A DNA stretch of 64,000 bases, from positions 832,001-896,000 of the forward strand of contig CAVZDU010000001.1 of assembly GCA_963774265.1 (NCBI GenBank). Direction: 5' to 3'. Below, in pieces: positions 22,123-32,960 of the stretch. Source of the DNA: an uncultured Chloroflexia bacterium (GTDB lineage: Bacteria; Chloroflexota; Anaerolineae; CG2-30-64-16). Below the pieces are notes generated by a model. That model saw only the letters and a list, made by a program, of their open reading frames with translations, was not told the DNA's origin and searched no databases. Position 1 is the first letter of the stretch. The number at the start of each line of letters is the position of its first letter. The position numbers and the translations under genes were made by a program.

Positions 22123-22196
22123 TCAGATTTGCATAGAGTACGAGCGGATAGTACCTCTCTATCCGCTCGTTTCGTCGCCTGGGGAATCCTTGCGCC

Positions 22197-22460
22197 TTAG
22201 CTGCGTGGGGAAATGACGAGCTTGACCGCTGTGCGATCCTTGCCTTCGATATCGATCTCGACAAATTCGGGATAGCAGACGATATCGATGCCGTCCAACA
22301 ACAGGTAGTTGCGCGCGATGGCCATGGCTTTGACGGCCTGGTTCACGGCGCTTGCACCGATCGCCTGGACTTCGGCGTGTTTGAAGTCCCGCATAACGCC
22401 GGCGATTGCGCCGGCAACGGCCGTGGATCGAGAGTGGGCCGAAACTTTGATAACGTCCAT
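22197..22460 (-). CDS. spoVS: Stage V sporulation protein S family
   Basis: MDVIKVS..S...AVAGAIAGV...AEVQAIGASAVNQAVKA. Confidence 0.95.
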   Translation of the reverse strand: MDVIKVSAHSRSTAVAGAIAGVMRDFKHAEVQAIGASAVNQAVKAMAIARNYLLLDGIDIVCYPEFVEIDIEGKDRTAVKLVISPRS

Positions 22461-22650
22461 GTTGGCTCCCTCCGGGCAGTGAGACGGCCTATTTTGCCTA
22501 TGTGGCGGTCTCCGTCGGCACGACCGCTACGTAGATGCTTTCCTTATCTTACACCTTCCTTCGGACAAAATCAAGCGTGGCTGCAACACTCACGGTCGAT
22601 TCTTGTGGCATGACCAGTCACAAGCAGGGTCGCAACGCGAAGTTGCCAAC

Positions 22651-23772
22651 ATGAAAGTGCTGATGGTGTCCAAGGCGCTGGTTGTCGGCGCATATCAGCG
22701 CAAGCTGGAGGAACTCGCGCGTCAGCCGGGTATCGAGTTGTCGGCCGTTGTTCCCCAGGGATGGCGCGAGGGCCTTTTTGGCCCGATGACCCCGCTCTCT
22801 CGGGCTCACACCGCCGGATACCGGCTGATCGTTGCACCGCTGCGCTTCAATGGTGAGTTTCACTTCCACTATTATCCAACCCTCGGGCGGCTGCTTTCGG
22901 AGTATCAGCCTGATGTGCTGCACATGGATGAAGAACCGTATAACCTCGCGACGTGGTTGGCCTTGCGAGCCGCGGAGCAGGACGGCGCCGGCCGTATCGC
23001 CAGTCTCTTTTTTACCTGGCAGAATCTCAGGCGCGACTACCCCTGGCCATTCCGCCATTTTGAGCGCGCAAACTACCGACGTGCGAGCCACGCGATCGCC
23101 GGTAACCCTACCGCGTCGAAGGTGCTCCGCGAGAAGGGATACAGGGGGGCGATTTCGGTCATCCCCCAGTTCGGGGTCGATCCGGACCTGTTTTCGCCTG
23201 CGCCGGTGGCTATATCTGAACAACGTCAGGAGTTGGTGATAGGATACGCGGGACGCCTGGCGGCAGAAAAGGGGATTGACTTATTGTTCCGCGCGTGTGC
23301 GGAGTTGCGTGACGTCGCGTGGTCGCTGCGATTGCTCGGCGATGGGCCGGAGCGGCGGCGGCTCGCGGAGCTGGCGGATGGACTCGGCATCGCCGAGCGC
23401 GTGGTGTTCATCGGCCGGATACCCTCCACCGAGACGGTGCAGCACTACCGGCACATGGATGTGCTGGTGCTGCCGTCGGTTAGCCGGCCCAATTGGGTGG
23501 AGCAGTTTGGCAGGGTTCTGATCGAAGCGATGGCGTGTGGCGTTCCTGTCGTTGGGTCCGATAGCGGAGAGATTCCGTGGGTGATCGGGGACGCGGGCGT
23601 GTTGTTTCCCGAAGGGGATGTCAGTGCCTTGACACAGACATTGCAGACCCTGGCCGGCGATGCTGGAGGGCGGCGAGTGCTGGCTGAACGAGGCCGCGCA
23701 AGAGTGCTGGCCCATTTCACACAGGCCCAGGTGGCCGCGGCCACAGCCGCAGTCTATCACCAGATGCTTTGA
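22651..23772 (+). CDS. Glycosyltransferase family 4
   Basis: MKVLMVSKA, DEEPY, GRLAAEKG, EQFGRVLIEAMACGVPVVGS. Confidence 0.92.
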   Translation: MKVLMVSKALVVGAYQRKLEELARQPGIELSAVVPQGWREGLFGPMTPLSRAHTAGYRLIVAPLRFNGEFHFHYYPTLGRLLSEYQPDVLHMDEEPYNLATWLALRAAEQDGAGRIASLFFTWQNLRRDYPWPFRHFERANYRRASHAIAGNPTASKVLREKGYRGAISVIPQFGVDPDLFSPAPVAISEQRQELVIGYAGRLAAEKGIDLLFRACAELRDVAWSLRLLGDGPERRRLAELADGLGIAERVVFIGRIPSTETVQHYRHMDVLVLPSVSRPNWVEQFGRVLIEAMACGVPVVGSDSGEIPWVIGDAGVLFPEGDVSALTQTLQTLAGDAGGRRVLAERGRARVLAHFTQAQVAAATAAVYHQML

Positions 23773-23804
23773 GCCATTATGGAAGGGCTAGAGGCGATGC
23801 TATA

Positions 23805-24995
23805 ATGCCTCGCGTGACACGTCACAAGGGGTCGCCACTGAGGGTTGGCCTGAATGCGCACCTGCTCTCGCTAACACAGACATATCGCGAGGCGGGCATT
23901 AATGGGTATATCTATCAACTACTGAACCGCCTGCCTGCTGAAGCGGGAGCCGGCGCTGAGTTGGACCTCGTCGCGTATCTGCACGATTCCAGCTACAGAC
24001 CACCCCAGGGCCTCCAGGTCGTTCGCTCGCAATGGGATACTGCCAGCCCATGGCGGCGCATCCTATGGGAGCAGAGCGCCCTGGCTGCGGCCAGCCGGGG
24101 GCTTGACCTGCTGCACGGCCTGGCCTTTGCGGCGCCGCTTGCGGCGGCGTGCCCGACGATCGTTACCGTCCATGACTTGAGCTTCCTTCGGTTTCCGGAG
24201 GCGTTTCGGCGCACGAACAGGACTTACTTGAGCCTGTTCACCAGGCTGTCGGTGCGGCGGGCGACACGGGTCATTGCCGGCTCAGAGAGCACGCGCAGGG
24301 ATGTGATAGCCTTTTGCGGCGCAGCTCCGGAGTGCGTGGTCACTGTGCCCTATGGCGTCAGTGAGGATTATAAACCCGCGTCACCCGAAGCTGTCGAGGC
24401 GTTTCGTCGACGCAAAGGGCTGCCGGACCGGTTTATCCTGTTCCTGGGCACCCTCGAGCCCCGGAAGAATATCGGCCGGCTGATCGAGGCGTATGGGGTA
24501 TTGCGCACGCGACAGGATTTAGATGTCCCGAAGCTGGTCATCGCCGGGGGCAAGGGTTGGTTCTATGAGACCCTGTTCACGCAGGTGGCGGATCTCAAGC
24601 TGATCGATGATGTGCTGTTTCCAGGTTACGTGCCGGCAGACGAATTGCCCTGGTGGTATCGCGCGGCCGAGATGTTCGTCTACCCGTCCCGCTTCGAAGG
24701 ATTCGGTTTGCCCGTGCTGGAAGCGATGGCGTGTGGTGTCCCGACCATAGCATCTAACGCGTCGTCTCTGCCCGAGGTAGCCGGCGATGCTGCCCTGTTG
24801 GTGCCTCCCGACAATACGGAAGCCTTGGTGAATGCAATGGCCCGACTGCTGATCGATGACGATTTGCGAGCCGCCCTGAGTGAAGCAGGTCCGCGACAGG
24901 CCGCTCAATTCCCCTGGTCGCGCACGACCGCCGAGACGTTGGCGGTGTACCGGTCGGTCCTGCAAGAAACTGGAGGTGGGTCGTATGGGGCGTGA
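23805..24995 (+). CDS. Glycosyltransferase family 4 (start may be GTG 23814)
   Basis: VTVHDLSF, LGTLEPRKN, YPSRFEGFGLPVLEAMACG, SLPEVAG. Confidence 0.92.
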   Translation: MPRVTRHKGSPLRVGLNAHLLSLTQTYREAGINGYIYQLLNRLPAEAGAGAELDLVAYLHDSSYRPPQGLQVVRSQWDTASPWRRILWEQSALAAASRGLDLLHGLAFAAPLAAACPTIVTVHDLSFLRFPEAFRRTNRTYLSLFTRLSVRRATRVIAGSESTRRDVIAFCGAAPECVVTVPYGVSEDYKPASPEAVEAFRRRKGLPDRFILFLGTLEPRKNIGRLIEAYGVLRTRQDLDVPKLVIAGGKGWFYETLFTQVADLKLIDDVLFPGYVPADELPWWYRAAEMFVYPSRFEGFGLPVLEAMACGVPTIASNASSLPEVAGDAALLVPPDNTEALVNAMARLLIDDDLRAALSEAGPRQAAQFPWSRTTAETLAVYRSVLQETGGGSYGA

Positions 24996-26412
24996 TGTCC
25001 GGTCCTGGATGCCCTGGCTGACCCTGCTCATCGACGTGATTATGGTCAACGTCGCGTTCCTGATCGCCTACTGGCTCCGCTACGATCGCCAGCTTTTCCG
25101 TTCGGTCGACCCGGCGAATAACGTCCCCTATTCCGTCTACCTGCCGATGGTGGCGGTGCTGACCATCTTGCTGGTGCTACTCAACCGGCGGGAAGGCGCG
25201 TACGATGTGCGCAAGGGACGTGCGTTCTTCGACGATCTTTACGGCGTCATCAACTCAACCACGACGGCCATCATGTTGATGGTCGTGCTGGTCTTTTTCT
25301 ATCGCCGCCTGTTTTACTCTCGCCTTATCTTCATCTATGCGGGCATCCTGATCCTTGTTCTGCTGAGGCTGGCCCGACTGGTGCGGAACGTGGCGTTGGC
25401 CCGAATTCGCGCGGCAGGACAGGGCGTCGATCGGGTGGTGATCATCGGCGCGGGGGAGGTGGGGCGCACGGTCATGCGCAACCTGCTTGCGCAGCCGGAG
25501 CTGGGATATCGGGTGGTCGGCTTTCTGGATGACGATCCGGCCAAAAGCAGCTCAGACATCGGCCCGATTCGGGCGCTCGGAACATTGGATGATTTGCCCC
25601 AAGCGATCCAGGCCAACAGCATCGACCAGGTGATTATCACGTTGCCCTGGCAGTATCATCGCAAGGTGATCCGGCTGGTGATCGAAGCCGAGCACGCAGG
25701 TGTACGCGCTCGGGTGGTGCCCGATCTATTCCAACTCAGCCTTGGGGGCGTCGATGTGGAGGCGATCAACGGCATCCCGCTGATCGGCATCAAGGAAAGT
25801 GCGCTGACCGGGTTCAACCGCATCCTCAAGCGCATCGTGGATGTAGTCATCGCAGGCTTGCCATGGTGGTTCTTTCGCCAGTGTGGGCGTTGGTTGCATT
25901 GGCCATCAAACTCGATTCGCCCGGTCCCGTTTTCTTTCGCCAGGAGCGCGTCGGGTTCCGAAGGCAAGCCGTTCACGCTGTTGAAGTTCCGTTCGATGAC
26001 CGTCGATGCCGAGGAGCAGCTCGACAAGCTGCGCGAACAAAATGAGGCGGCCGGGCCGATCTTCAAAATGAAGGATGACCCGCGGCGGACGCGGGTCGGA
26101 CGCTTCATCCGGCGCACGAGCATCGATGAGTTGCCGCAATTCATCAATGTTCTCCGCGGTGACATGAGCATGGTCGGCCCCCGACCGGGCCTGGCGAGCG
26201 AGGTCGCCGAATACCAGGATTGGCAGCGCAAGCGATTGGAGGTGCAGCCGGGCGTCACGGGACTGTGGCAGGTGAGCGGTCGCAGCGAGCTCACCTTCGA
26301 CGAGATGGTGATGCTCGATATCTACTACGGCGAGAATTGGTCGCTGGGGATGGATCTGCGCATTATTATTCGCACCGTGCCGCAGTTCATTTTCGGCGAC
26401 GGCGCATACTGA
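24985..26412 (+). CDS. Polyprenyl glycosylphosphotransferase (WcaJ-like initiating sugar transferase); compensating frameshifts at about 25860 and 25960
   Basis: 4 TM, IIGAGE, GFLDD, KRIVD, KFRSM, DDPRRTRVGRFIRRTSIDELPQ, GDMSMVGPRP, PGVTGLWQVSGRS; the conserved AIKLDSPGPVFFRQERVG segment lies in another frame. Confidence 0.92.
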   Translation: MGRDVRSWMPWLTLLIDVIMVNVAFLIAYWLRYDRQLFRSVDPANNVPYSVYLPMVAVLTILLVLLNRREGAYDVRKGRAFFDDLYGVINSTTTAIMLMVVLVFFYRRLFYSRLIFIYAGILILVLLRLARLVRNVALARIRAAGQGVDRVVIIGAGEVGRTVMRNLLAQPELGYRVVGFLDDDPAKSSSDIGPIRALGTLDDLPQAIQANSIDQVIITLPWQYHRKVIRLVIEAEHAGVRARVVPDLFQLSLGGVDVEAINGIPLIGIKESALTGFNRILKRIVDVVIAGLPWWFFRQCGRWLHWPSNSIRPVPFSFARSASGSEGKPFTLLKFRSMTVDAEEQLDKLREQNEAAGPIFKMKDDPRRTRVGRFIRRTSIDELPQFINVLRGDMSMVGPRPGLASEVAEYQDWQRKRLEVQPGVTGLWQVSGRSELTFDEMVMLDIYYGENWSLGMDLRIIIRTVPQFIFGDGAY

Positions 26413-26433
26413 GAGGCTATCGGGGGCAGAGTC

Positions 26434-27618
26434 ATGGCATCGCTTTCCGCTGCAGATTTCGACGGACTTGCTCGTCTGGCTCAGGAGCTGGTGCGCACGC
26501 CAAGTCTGCCCGGCCAGGAGGGCCGGGTGGCAGCGCTGCTTACCGATGCCATGCGCGAGAGCGGCTTTCAGAGGGTCTGGACCGACCGTGCCGGCAATGT
26601 CGTCGGCCACCTCGAGGGCAGGGGCGCCGGACCCACGCTCCTTTTTGATGGGCACATGGATACCGTCGACGTGGGCGATCCGGCTGCATGGGAGCACGAC
26701 CCCTTTGAGGGATGGGTCGAGAATGGCGTCCTCTATGGCAGGGGCGCGGTTGATATGAAGAGCGCACTCGCGGCGATGGTGTATGCGGTCAAGCTGCTGG
26801 TAGATGAAAACGCACCGCTGAACGGCGATGTCTATGTCGCCTTTGTCGTGCAGGAGGAGCCATGCGAGGGCGTCGCGGTGCGTCACCTCATCGAGGAGCA
26901 TGACATACGGCCGAACATGGTTGTGCTGGGCGAGCCCACCAACCTCGGCGTGTATCTCGGCCAGCGGGGTCGCGTGGAACTGAAGGTGGCGACTTACGGC
27001 AAAGCCGGTCATGCCTCGATGCCACAGGGCGGGGTCAACGCGATTTCATCCGCCGCACGCCTGATCTTCGGCATTGAGCTGTTGGGCTTGCAACTCCACA
27101 CCGATCCACAAATGGGCCCAGGCTCGATCGCCGTCACGCAGATCAGATCCACCGCAGGCAGCCTGAACTCGATCCCTGATCTGTGCGAGCTCATCATCGA
27201 TCGGCGACTGACGCTGGGCGAGACTGAGGCGCGCGCGATCGCCGAGCTTCAGGGGATCATCAACCGGGAGCGCATTCGGGCCGAGGTGAGCACACCCGAA
27301 TACGAGATGGTGTCTTATACGGGGTACGCGCATTCGGGCCGGAAGTACTTTCCTCCGTGGCTATTGCCCGAAGAAGACTCGATGGCGCGCAGAGCGGTGC
27401 GCGCGGTGGAAAAGGTGCTGGGTGCACGTCCCAGGACAGGCATCTGGCCGTTCTCGACGGACGGAGCGTACACGATGGGGACGGCCGGCATCCCCACTAT
27501 CGGCTTTGGGCCAGGCGATGAGCGCCTGGCCCACTCGACCGACGAGCACGTCCGCCTGGTTGATGTTGCTCTCGCCGCCCGGGGCTATGCCCAACTGGCG
27601 ATTGAGCTGCTGAGGTGA
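26434..27618 (+). CDS. M20 family metallohydrolase (YgeY/ArgE/DapE-like)
   Basis: FDGHMDTV, GRGAVDMK, VQEE, GEPT, GQRGR, STDG, GFGPG, AH. Confidence 0.88.
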   Translation: MASLSAADFDGLARLAQELVRTPSLPGQEGRVAALLTDAMRESGFQRVWTDRAGNVVGHLEGRGAGPTLLFDGHMDTVDVGDPAAWEHDPFEGWVENGVLYGRGAVDMKSALAAMVYAVKLLVDENAPLNGDVYVAFVVQEEPCEGVAVRHLIEEHDIRPNMVVLGEPTNLGVYLGQRGRVELKVATYGKAGHASMPQGGVNAISSAARLIFGIELLGLQLHTDPQMGPGSIAVTQIRSTAGSLNSIPDLCELIIDRRLTLGETEARAIAELQGIINRERIRAEVSTPEYEMVSYTGYAHSGRKYFPPWLLPEEDSMARRAVRAVEKVLGARPRTGIWPFSTDGAYTMGTAGIPTIGFGPGDERLAHSTDEHVRLVDVALAARGYAQLAIELLR

Positions 27619-27625
27619 CCGAGCA

Positions 27626-28777
27626 ATGCATATGGTGAGTTACGCGGCTTCTCTGCCCAGAGTAACCATTCTAACCGCCAACGTGGGAGGGGGGCATCGG
27701 GCTGCCGCGCGCAGCCTTGCGGAGGCACTGGAAGGGAAGGCGCTGGTGACGCAGATCAGCCTGATCGACGACGGCGCGCCCTTTCCGCTCAACACCTGGT
27801 CCGCGACCTATGCGCCATGGGTTAACTACACTCCGTGGCTTTACCGGTTGGTGTATCGGTTCGGCGAATCGCGCGAGCGAGTGGTGGCTACGCAGAAGGC
27901 CGTGTACCCGCTTCTGAAGAAGCACGTGGCGAGCCTCGTGCATCCGCAAGAAGTGGACCTGTTCATCAGCGTCCATCCTCTGCAGATCGAGACGCCGATC
28001 TGGCTGATGCAGGAATTGGGACAGCGCGTGCCATTTGTGACAGTGGTCACGGATCCGGTCACGGCGCCCCTGGCGTGGTTCTGCCCCGATGTAGACTTAT
28101 GCGTCGTGGCCTCGGAGCCGGCGTACCGGATGGGGTTATCTTGTGGCATCGATCCGGTGCGATTGCGGCTGATTGGCCTGCCTATTCGCCGGGCGTTCGG
28201 GCAGATGCGCGGAAGCGACAAGCAAGATGTGCGTGCCCGGCTCGGCCTGGCGCCGGAGAAGCCCCTGATCCTGATGGCGGGGGGTGGGGCGGGGATCGGC
28301 CGCATTGTGCCGATGGCGCGCGCCATCGCCAAGTTGCTGGCCGAGCGGGAGCGTGATGTCCAACTGGCCGTTATTGCGGGCCGCAACGCGGAACTGTTCC
28401 GACAGCTCCGACGGCAGAAGTGGCCGGTCCCTGTGAGCGTACTCGGGTTTGTGGACAACATGGCGGAGTGGATGGCGGCGACGGATCTGTTGCTCACCAA
28501 AGCCGGACCGGGCATGCTGGCCGAGGCCGCGTGCCTGGGCGTGCCCGTGATGATCACCGACTTCGTGCCCGGCCAGGAGATCGGCAACGTATCCTGGGTG
28601 GTCAAGAATGGTGCGGGGTTGTACGAACACGAGATCGAAGGGATTGCGGCGGTGGTGGGCGAGTTGCTGCGGCCAGGCAACCCGACGCTGGAGATGATGA
28701 GCCGCCAGGCAAAGATGATGGCAAGGCCGAATGCATCGGAGGAGATCATCGAAGCCGCGTTGCAGTTGATCAGGTGA
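27626..28777 (+). CDS. MGDG-synthase/UgtP-like diacylglycerol glycosyltransferase (GT28)
   Basis: GGGHRAAA, SVHP, TVVTD, GLPIR, AGRN, GFVDNM, TKAGPG, PGQE. Confidence 0.88.
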   Translation: MHMVSYAASLPRVTILTANVGGGHRAAARSLAEALEGKALVTQISLIDDGAPFPLNTWSATYAPWVNYTPWLYRLVYRFGESRERVVATQKAVYPLLKKHVASLVHPQEVDLFISVHPLQIETPIWLMQELGQRVPFVTVVTDPVTAPLAWFCPDVDLCVVASEPAYRMGLSCGIDPVRLRLIGLPIRRAFGQMRGSDKQDVRARLGLAPEKPLILMAGGGAGIGRIVPMARAIAKLLAERERDVQLAVIAGRNAELFRQLRRQKWPVPVSVLGFVDNMAEWMAATDLLLTKAGPGMLAEAACLGVPVMITDFVPGQEIGNVSWVVKNGAGLYEHEIEGIAAVVGELLRPGNPTLEMMSRQAKMMARPNASEEIIEAALQLIR

Positions 28778-28828
28778 CGTGAGACACGGGATTTTCAGGC
28801 GAGCGTTCGAAAAGAAAGGGGATTCGTC

Positions 28829-29260
28829 ATGGGGACTGCGCAGTTGACGTGGATGCAGGATATGAAGTTCGTGGGCACGGGCGCATCAGGGCACGAAGTA
28901 GCATTGGATTCTTCGCCCGACGTGGGCGGGCATGACTCAGCCGCCCGCCCCATGGAGCTGCTGTTGATCGGCCTCATGGGCTGCACCGCAATGGATGTGA
29001 TCAGCATCCTCAAGAAGAAGCGCCAGGATGTCCAGGACTTCAAGATTTTCGCTACGTACGAGCGTTCGCCCGAGCATCCCAAGAAGTACACGAGCATCCA
29101 CCTTGAGTATGTGGCGTACGGAGACGTGGATCTGAAGGCGTTGGAGCGCGCGGCCGAGCTATCGCAGACCTCATATTGCGGCGCCATCGCGACGGTCCGT
29201 GGTGTGGCCAATGTGACGTACTCCTGCCGCGTAGAAATGGCGCCGCCGGCCGCGGGGTGA
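28829..29260 (+). CDS. OsmC family protein
   Basis: RPMELLLIGLMGCTAMDVISILKKKRQ; second Cys in SYCG. Confidence 0.92.
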   Translation: MGTAQLTWMQDMKFVGTGASGHEVALDSSPDVGGHDSAARPMELLLIGLMGCTAMDVISILKKKRQDVQDFKIFATYERSPEHPKKYTSIHLEYVAYGDVDLKALERAAELSQTSYCGAIATVRGVANVTYSCRVEMAPPAAG

Positions 29261-29487
29261 CGGATATCGATAACGACCTTTTTTGAGATGCGCAAGCGAC
29301 CGCCTATCGGCCTCCGCTCCTGTTGGCCTTGACGATGCTCACCGGGGCCGTGGGGTTGTGGCGCTTATGGATCGGGCGGCAGGGCTATATTCGAGATGTG
29401 TGGAAAGGGCAAATCGCTCGTGAGGCGATGTTAGCCCGACTGAAGATCGTTTGGTAAGTTTTCATCATCTACGACGAGGTACCTAGC

Positions 29488-31164
29488 ATGAGCAAATACA
29501 CCCTCGGCATCGACTTCGGCACGGAATCCGGTCGGGCGCTCCTCGTGGCTGTCGACGACGGTCGCGAGGTTGCCACGTATGTCCATCCTTATGCTAATAG
29601 CGTGATCGACGAGCGCTTGCCTGCGGATGCGGGCGGCGTGCGGCTGGACCCGGATTGGGCGCTGCAAGACCCCAACGATTATCTGGAGGTCTTCAAGCGG
29701 GCCATACCGGCCGTCCTGGCGCAGAGTGGCGTCAGCCCGGACGACGTGATCGGCCTCGGCATTGACTTTACTGCGTGTACGATGCTGCCGGTGAAGGCTG
29801 ACGGAACGCCTCTGTGCTTTCTGCCCGAGTACCGCAGCCGCCCGCATGCCTGGGTCAAGCTGTGGAAGCATCACGCAGCGCAGCCGGAAGCGAACAAGCT
29901 CAACGAGATCGCGGAGCGCGAAGGTTATGACTTCCTCCGTCGGTATGGCGGCAAAATCTCGTCCGAGTGGTTCGTGCCCAAGGCGTGGCAGATCCTGGAT
30001 GAGGACCCTGAGATTTACGCCGCGGCGGACCGGATGATCGAGGCCGCGGATTGGGTCGTCTGGCAGCTCACGGGGCGCGAGACGCGAAATCTGACCACCG
30101 CCGGGTATAAGGGCATCTGGTCTAAGGAACACGGGTTTCCGCCCGCCGCCTTTTTCAAGGCGCTGGACCCTCGCCTGGAGAATTTCGTCGACGAGAAGCT
30201 CTCGCGCGAGATCGCGGAGCTGGGGCAAAACGCCGGCGGGCTGACCGAACAAGCCGCAGGATGGACCGGCCTGCGCCCAGGCACAGCAGTTGCGGTGGCC
30301 AACGTGGATGCGCACGTGGCCGTACCCGCGGCATCGGTCAACGAGGCAGGGCGGATGGTCATCATCATGGGCACATCCAACTGTCACATGGTGCTGGGGA
30401 CCGAGGAGCGCATCGTGCCGGGCATGTGCGGCTACGTGCAGGATGGCATCATTCCGGGCTTCTACGGTTATGAGGCGGGGCAGTCGTGTGTGGGCGACCA
30501 CTTTGCCTGGTTCACGGAGAATTGCGTGCCGGCGGCCTACGAGCGCGAAGCAAAGGACCGGGGCATCAGCATTCACGAGTTGCTGGAGCAGAGCGCGGCT
30601 CAGTTGAAGCCGGGGGAGAGTGGGCTCCTGGCGCTCGACTGGTGGAACGGGAACCGCAGCGTGCTGGTGGATGTGGACCTGACCGGCATGATGTTGGGCA
30701 TGACGCTGTTGACCAGGCCCGAGGAGATCTACCGGGCGCTGATCGAGGCGACTGCCTACGGGACCCGCGTGATTATCGAGGCGTTCCAGGATAACGACGT
30801 GCCTGTGCATGAGATCGTCGCGACCGGCGGCCTGCCCGATCGGAACCGGCTGCTCATGCAGATCTACGCGGACGTGACGGGCCGGCCCATCAAGGTGGCG
30901 GGCACACACCAGGGCGGCGCGCTCGGCTCAGCGATGCACGGCGCAGTCGCAGCGGGCAAGGCGGCGGGCGGATACGATACGATCTTCGAGGCGACCCGGG
31001 CGATGGCAACCCTGCGCGAGGATGCGTATACTCCGAACCCGGCGGCCAAGGCTGTGTATGACCGCCTGTTCGCTGAGTATAGGGTGTTGCACGACTACTT
31101 CGGCCGGGGCGCGAATGACGTGATGAAGCGGCTGAAGGCGTTGAAGGCTGAAGTGCGCTCGTAG
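29488..31164 (+). CDS. araB: L-ribulokinase (FGGY family)
   Basis: [61 protein letters not shown]. Confidence 0.95.
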   Translation: MSKYTLGIDFGTESGRALLVAVDDGREVATYVHPYANSVIDERLPADAGGVRLDPDWALQDPNDYLEVFKRAIPAVLAQSGVSPDDVIGLGIDFTACTMLPVKADGTPLCFLPEYRSRPHAWVKLWKHHAAQPEANKLNEIAEREGYDFLRRYGGKISSEWFVPKAWQILDEDPEIYAAADRMIEAADWVVWQLTGRETRNLTTAGYKGIWSKEHGFPPAAFFKALDPRLENFVDEKLSREIAELGQNAGGLTEQAAGWTGLRPGTAVAVANVDAHVAVPAASVNEAGRMVIIMGTSNCHMVLGTEERIVPGMCGYVQDGIIPGFYGYEAGQSCVGDHFAWFTENCVPAAYEREAKDRGISIHELLEQSAAQLKPGESGLLALDWWNGNRSVLVDVDLTGMMLGMTLLTRPEEIYRALIEATAYGTRVIIEAFQDNDVPVHEIVATGGLPDRNRLLMQIYADVTGRPIKVAGTHQGGALGSAMHGAVAAGKAAGGYDTIFEATRAMATLREDAYTPNPAAKAVYDRLFAEYRVLHDYFGRGANDVMKRLKALKAEVRS

Positions 31165-31176
31165 AAATAGGTAAGC

Positions 31177-32274
31177 ATGAAACATCGCGAAAGGGTGCGG
31201 GCAGCACTCAGCCACGAGGCCCCGGACCGCTGCCCGATGCAGGTGAGCTTCACGCCGGAGTTCGCTGATCGCCTGCGGGCAGATCTGGCGATGGGTGACA
31301 GGCTCCTCAACCTGAGTCGCGGCGGCCATAATCCCCATGGTGGCGGCAACACGTACGAGCTCGAGCGCGCGCTTGGCGAGGATATGCTCCTGACGTCGGT
31401 TGGGTGGGCCAACAGTTACTACCAATCGGACGAGGAATACACCGACGAATGGGGCATCAGGTGGCGTGCGGTCCCGTATGAGACGCCCTTCGGGACGGGA
31501 TCATACACCGAGATGATCGGACATCCGCTGGCGCAGGATGGCGCGATTTCGCAGTACCACGGTCCGGATCCGAACCGAGATGCGCTGTATGACGACGCAC
31601 GGGGGACCCTGGCGCAGTTCGGCAGCGAATACTGGATCGTGGGCGTGACAGTGACGACGATCTGGGAGACCGCTTGGGCGTTGCGGGGATACGACCGGAT
31701 GTTGGCGGACCTGGTCCAAAACCCGGACCTGGCCGAGTGTATTCTCGAAATCCCATACCAGTATCACCTGACCGCTGCAAAGCGACTGGTGGAGATGGGC
31801 GTCGACATGGTATGGCTGGGCGACGACGTGGGCGCCCAGCGATCGATGTTGATCTCCCCGCGCCATTGGCGCAGGTACCTGAAGCCGCGCATGGCGAACT
31901 TCATCAGCTCGCTTAAGGCGATCAATCCAAAGGTGAAGGTGGCCTACCATTCGGACGGTGACATCCGGGCCATCATTCCCGAGCTGGTTGACATCGGCCT
32001 GGACGTGCTGAACCCAATCCAGCCCGCATGCATGGACCCTGCGGAGCTGAAGGGCTTGTACGGCGACCGGCTGTGCTTCTGGGGAACGATTGATGAGCAG
32101 CAGACGCTGCCGTTCGGCACGCCGGAGACGGTGCGCGAGGAGGTCTTGACACGCCTGCAGACGGTCGGGAAGGACGGCGGCCTGATCCTCGGCCCAACGC
32201 ACCACGTGCAACTCGACACGCCGCTGGAGAACTTCTGGGCGATGGTGGAAGCGATTACGGGGGCGGCGTCCTGA
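31177..32274 (+). CDS. Uroporphyrinogen-decarboxylase-like (URO-D/MtaA/CmuA family) protein
   Basis: RERVRAALSHEAPDRCP, DEWG, LGDDVG, YHSDG, LNPIQP, FWGTID, LPFGTPE, GPTHH. Confidence 0.85.
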   Translation: MKHRERVRAALSHEAPDRCPMQVSFTPEFADRLRADLAMGDRLLNLSRGGHNPHGGGNTYELERALGEDMLLTSVGWANSYYQSDEEYTDEWGIRWRAVPYETPFGTGSYTEMIGHPLAQDGAISQYHGPDPNRDALYDDARGTLAQFGSEYWIVGVTVTTIWETAWALRGYDRMLADLVQNPDLAECILEIPYQYHLTAAKRLVEMGVDMVWLGDDVGAQRSMLISPRHWRRYLKPRMANFISSLKAINPKVKVAYHSDGDIRAIIPELVDIGLDVLNPIQPACMDPAELKGLYGDRLCFWGTIDEQQTLPFGTPETVREEVLTRLQTVGKDGGLILGPTHHVQLDTPLENFWAMVEAITGAAS

Positions 32275-32404
32275 CTTGTCTGCAGGCGGGATGATTAATC
32301 GGAATTGCTGGAACGCGTTAGCATCGCGTGTCACTTTCTGCTAAGATAGGGATCGGCGCTCACCATTGTGGGCGCCGATCCTTGTGTCAGGACGCAAACA
32401 GCGC

Positions 32405-32947
32405 ATGCTTAGTCAATACTTCGAACGTGTGGCCGATGTGCTGCCGCGCATCCCTGCCGAGCCTGTCGAGCGCATCGTCCAAATCATGAAGGATGCGCAG
32501 ATCAACCGGCGCACCGTGTTCATGATGGGCAATGGGGGGTCGTCCGCTAACGCGTCGCACATCGTCAATGACCTGGTAAAGAGCGCAGTGCACCCCGACC
32601 GGCCGCGGTTTCGGGTGTTCTGCCTGACGGACAATACGGCCACTCTGACGGCCTATGCTAACGACGAGAGCTATGACATCGCGCTTGCGAGGCAGCTGGA
32701 GGCGCTGGCTTCGCCGGGCGATGTGGCCTTCGCGCTCAGTGGCAGCGGCAACTCGCCGAACGTGTTGCGTGCGATGGAGAGGGCAGCCGAATTGGGGCTG
32801 ACGCGCATCGGGCTGACCGGCCGTGGCGGCGGGAAGCTTGCGCCCTTGTGCGATGTGGCCGTGATTGTGCCGTCGGAGTCCATGCAGATCATCGAAGATG
32901 CCCACCTGGTGATTTTGCATGCGATGTTTTTGAGCCTGCTGGAATAG
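32405..32947 (+). CDS. gmhA: SIS-domain phosphoheptose-isomerase-like protein
   Basis: GNGGSSANASH, TAYAND, SGSGNSPNV, GLTGRGGGKL, IEDAH. Confidence 0.8.
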   Translation: MLSQYFERVADVLPRIPAEPVERIVQIMKDAQINRRTVFMMGNGGSSANASHIVNDLVKSAVHPDRPRFRVFCLTDNTATLTAYANDESYDIALARQLEALASPGDVAFALSGSGNSPNVLRAMERAAELGLTRIGLTGRGGGKLAPLCDVAVIVPSESMQIIEDAHLVILHAMFLSLLE

Positions 32948-32960
32948 CGCGTCGCCACTC

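Noticed and set aside
26434-27618. Selenium-utilisation system implied by the YgeY-like hydrolase
   Set aside because: No selD, yqeB/yqeC, selA/selB or in-frame UGA with SECIS seen nearby
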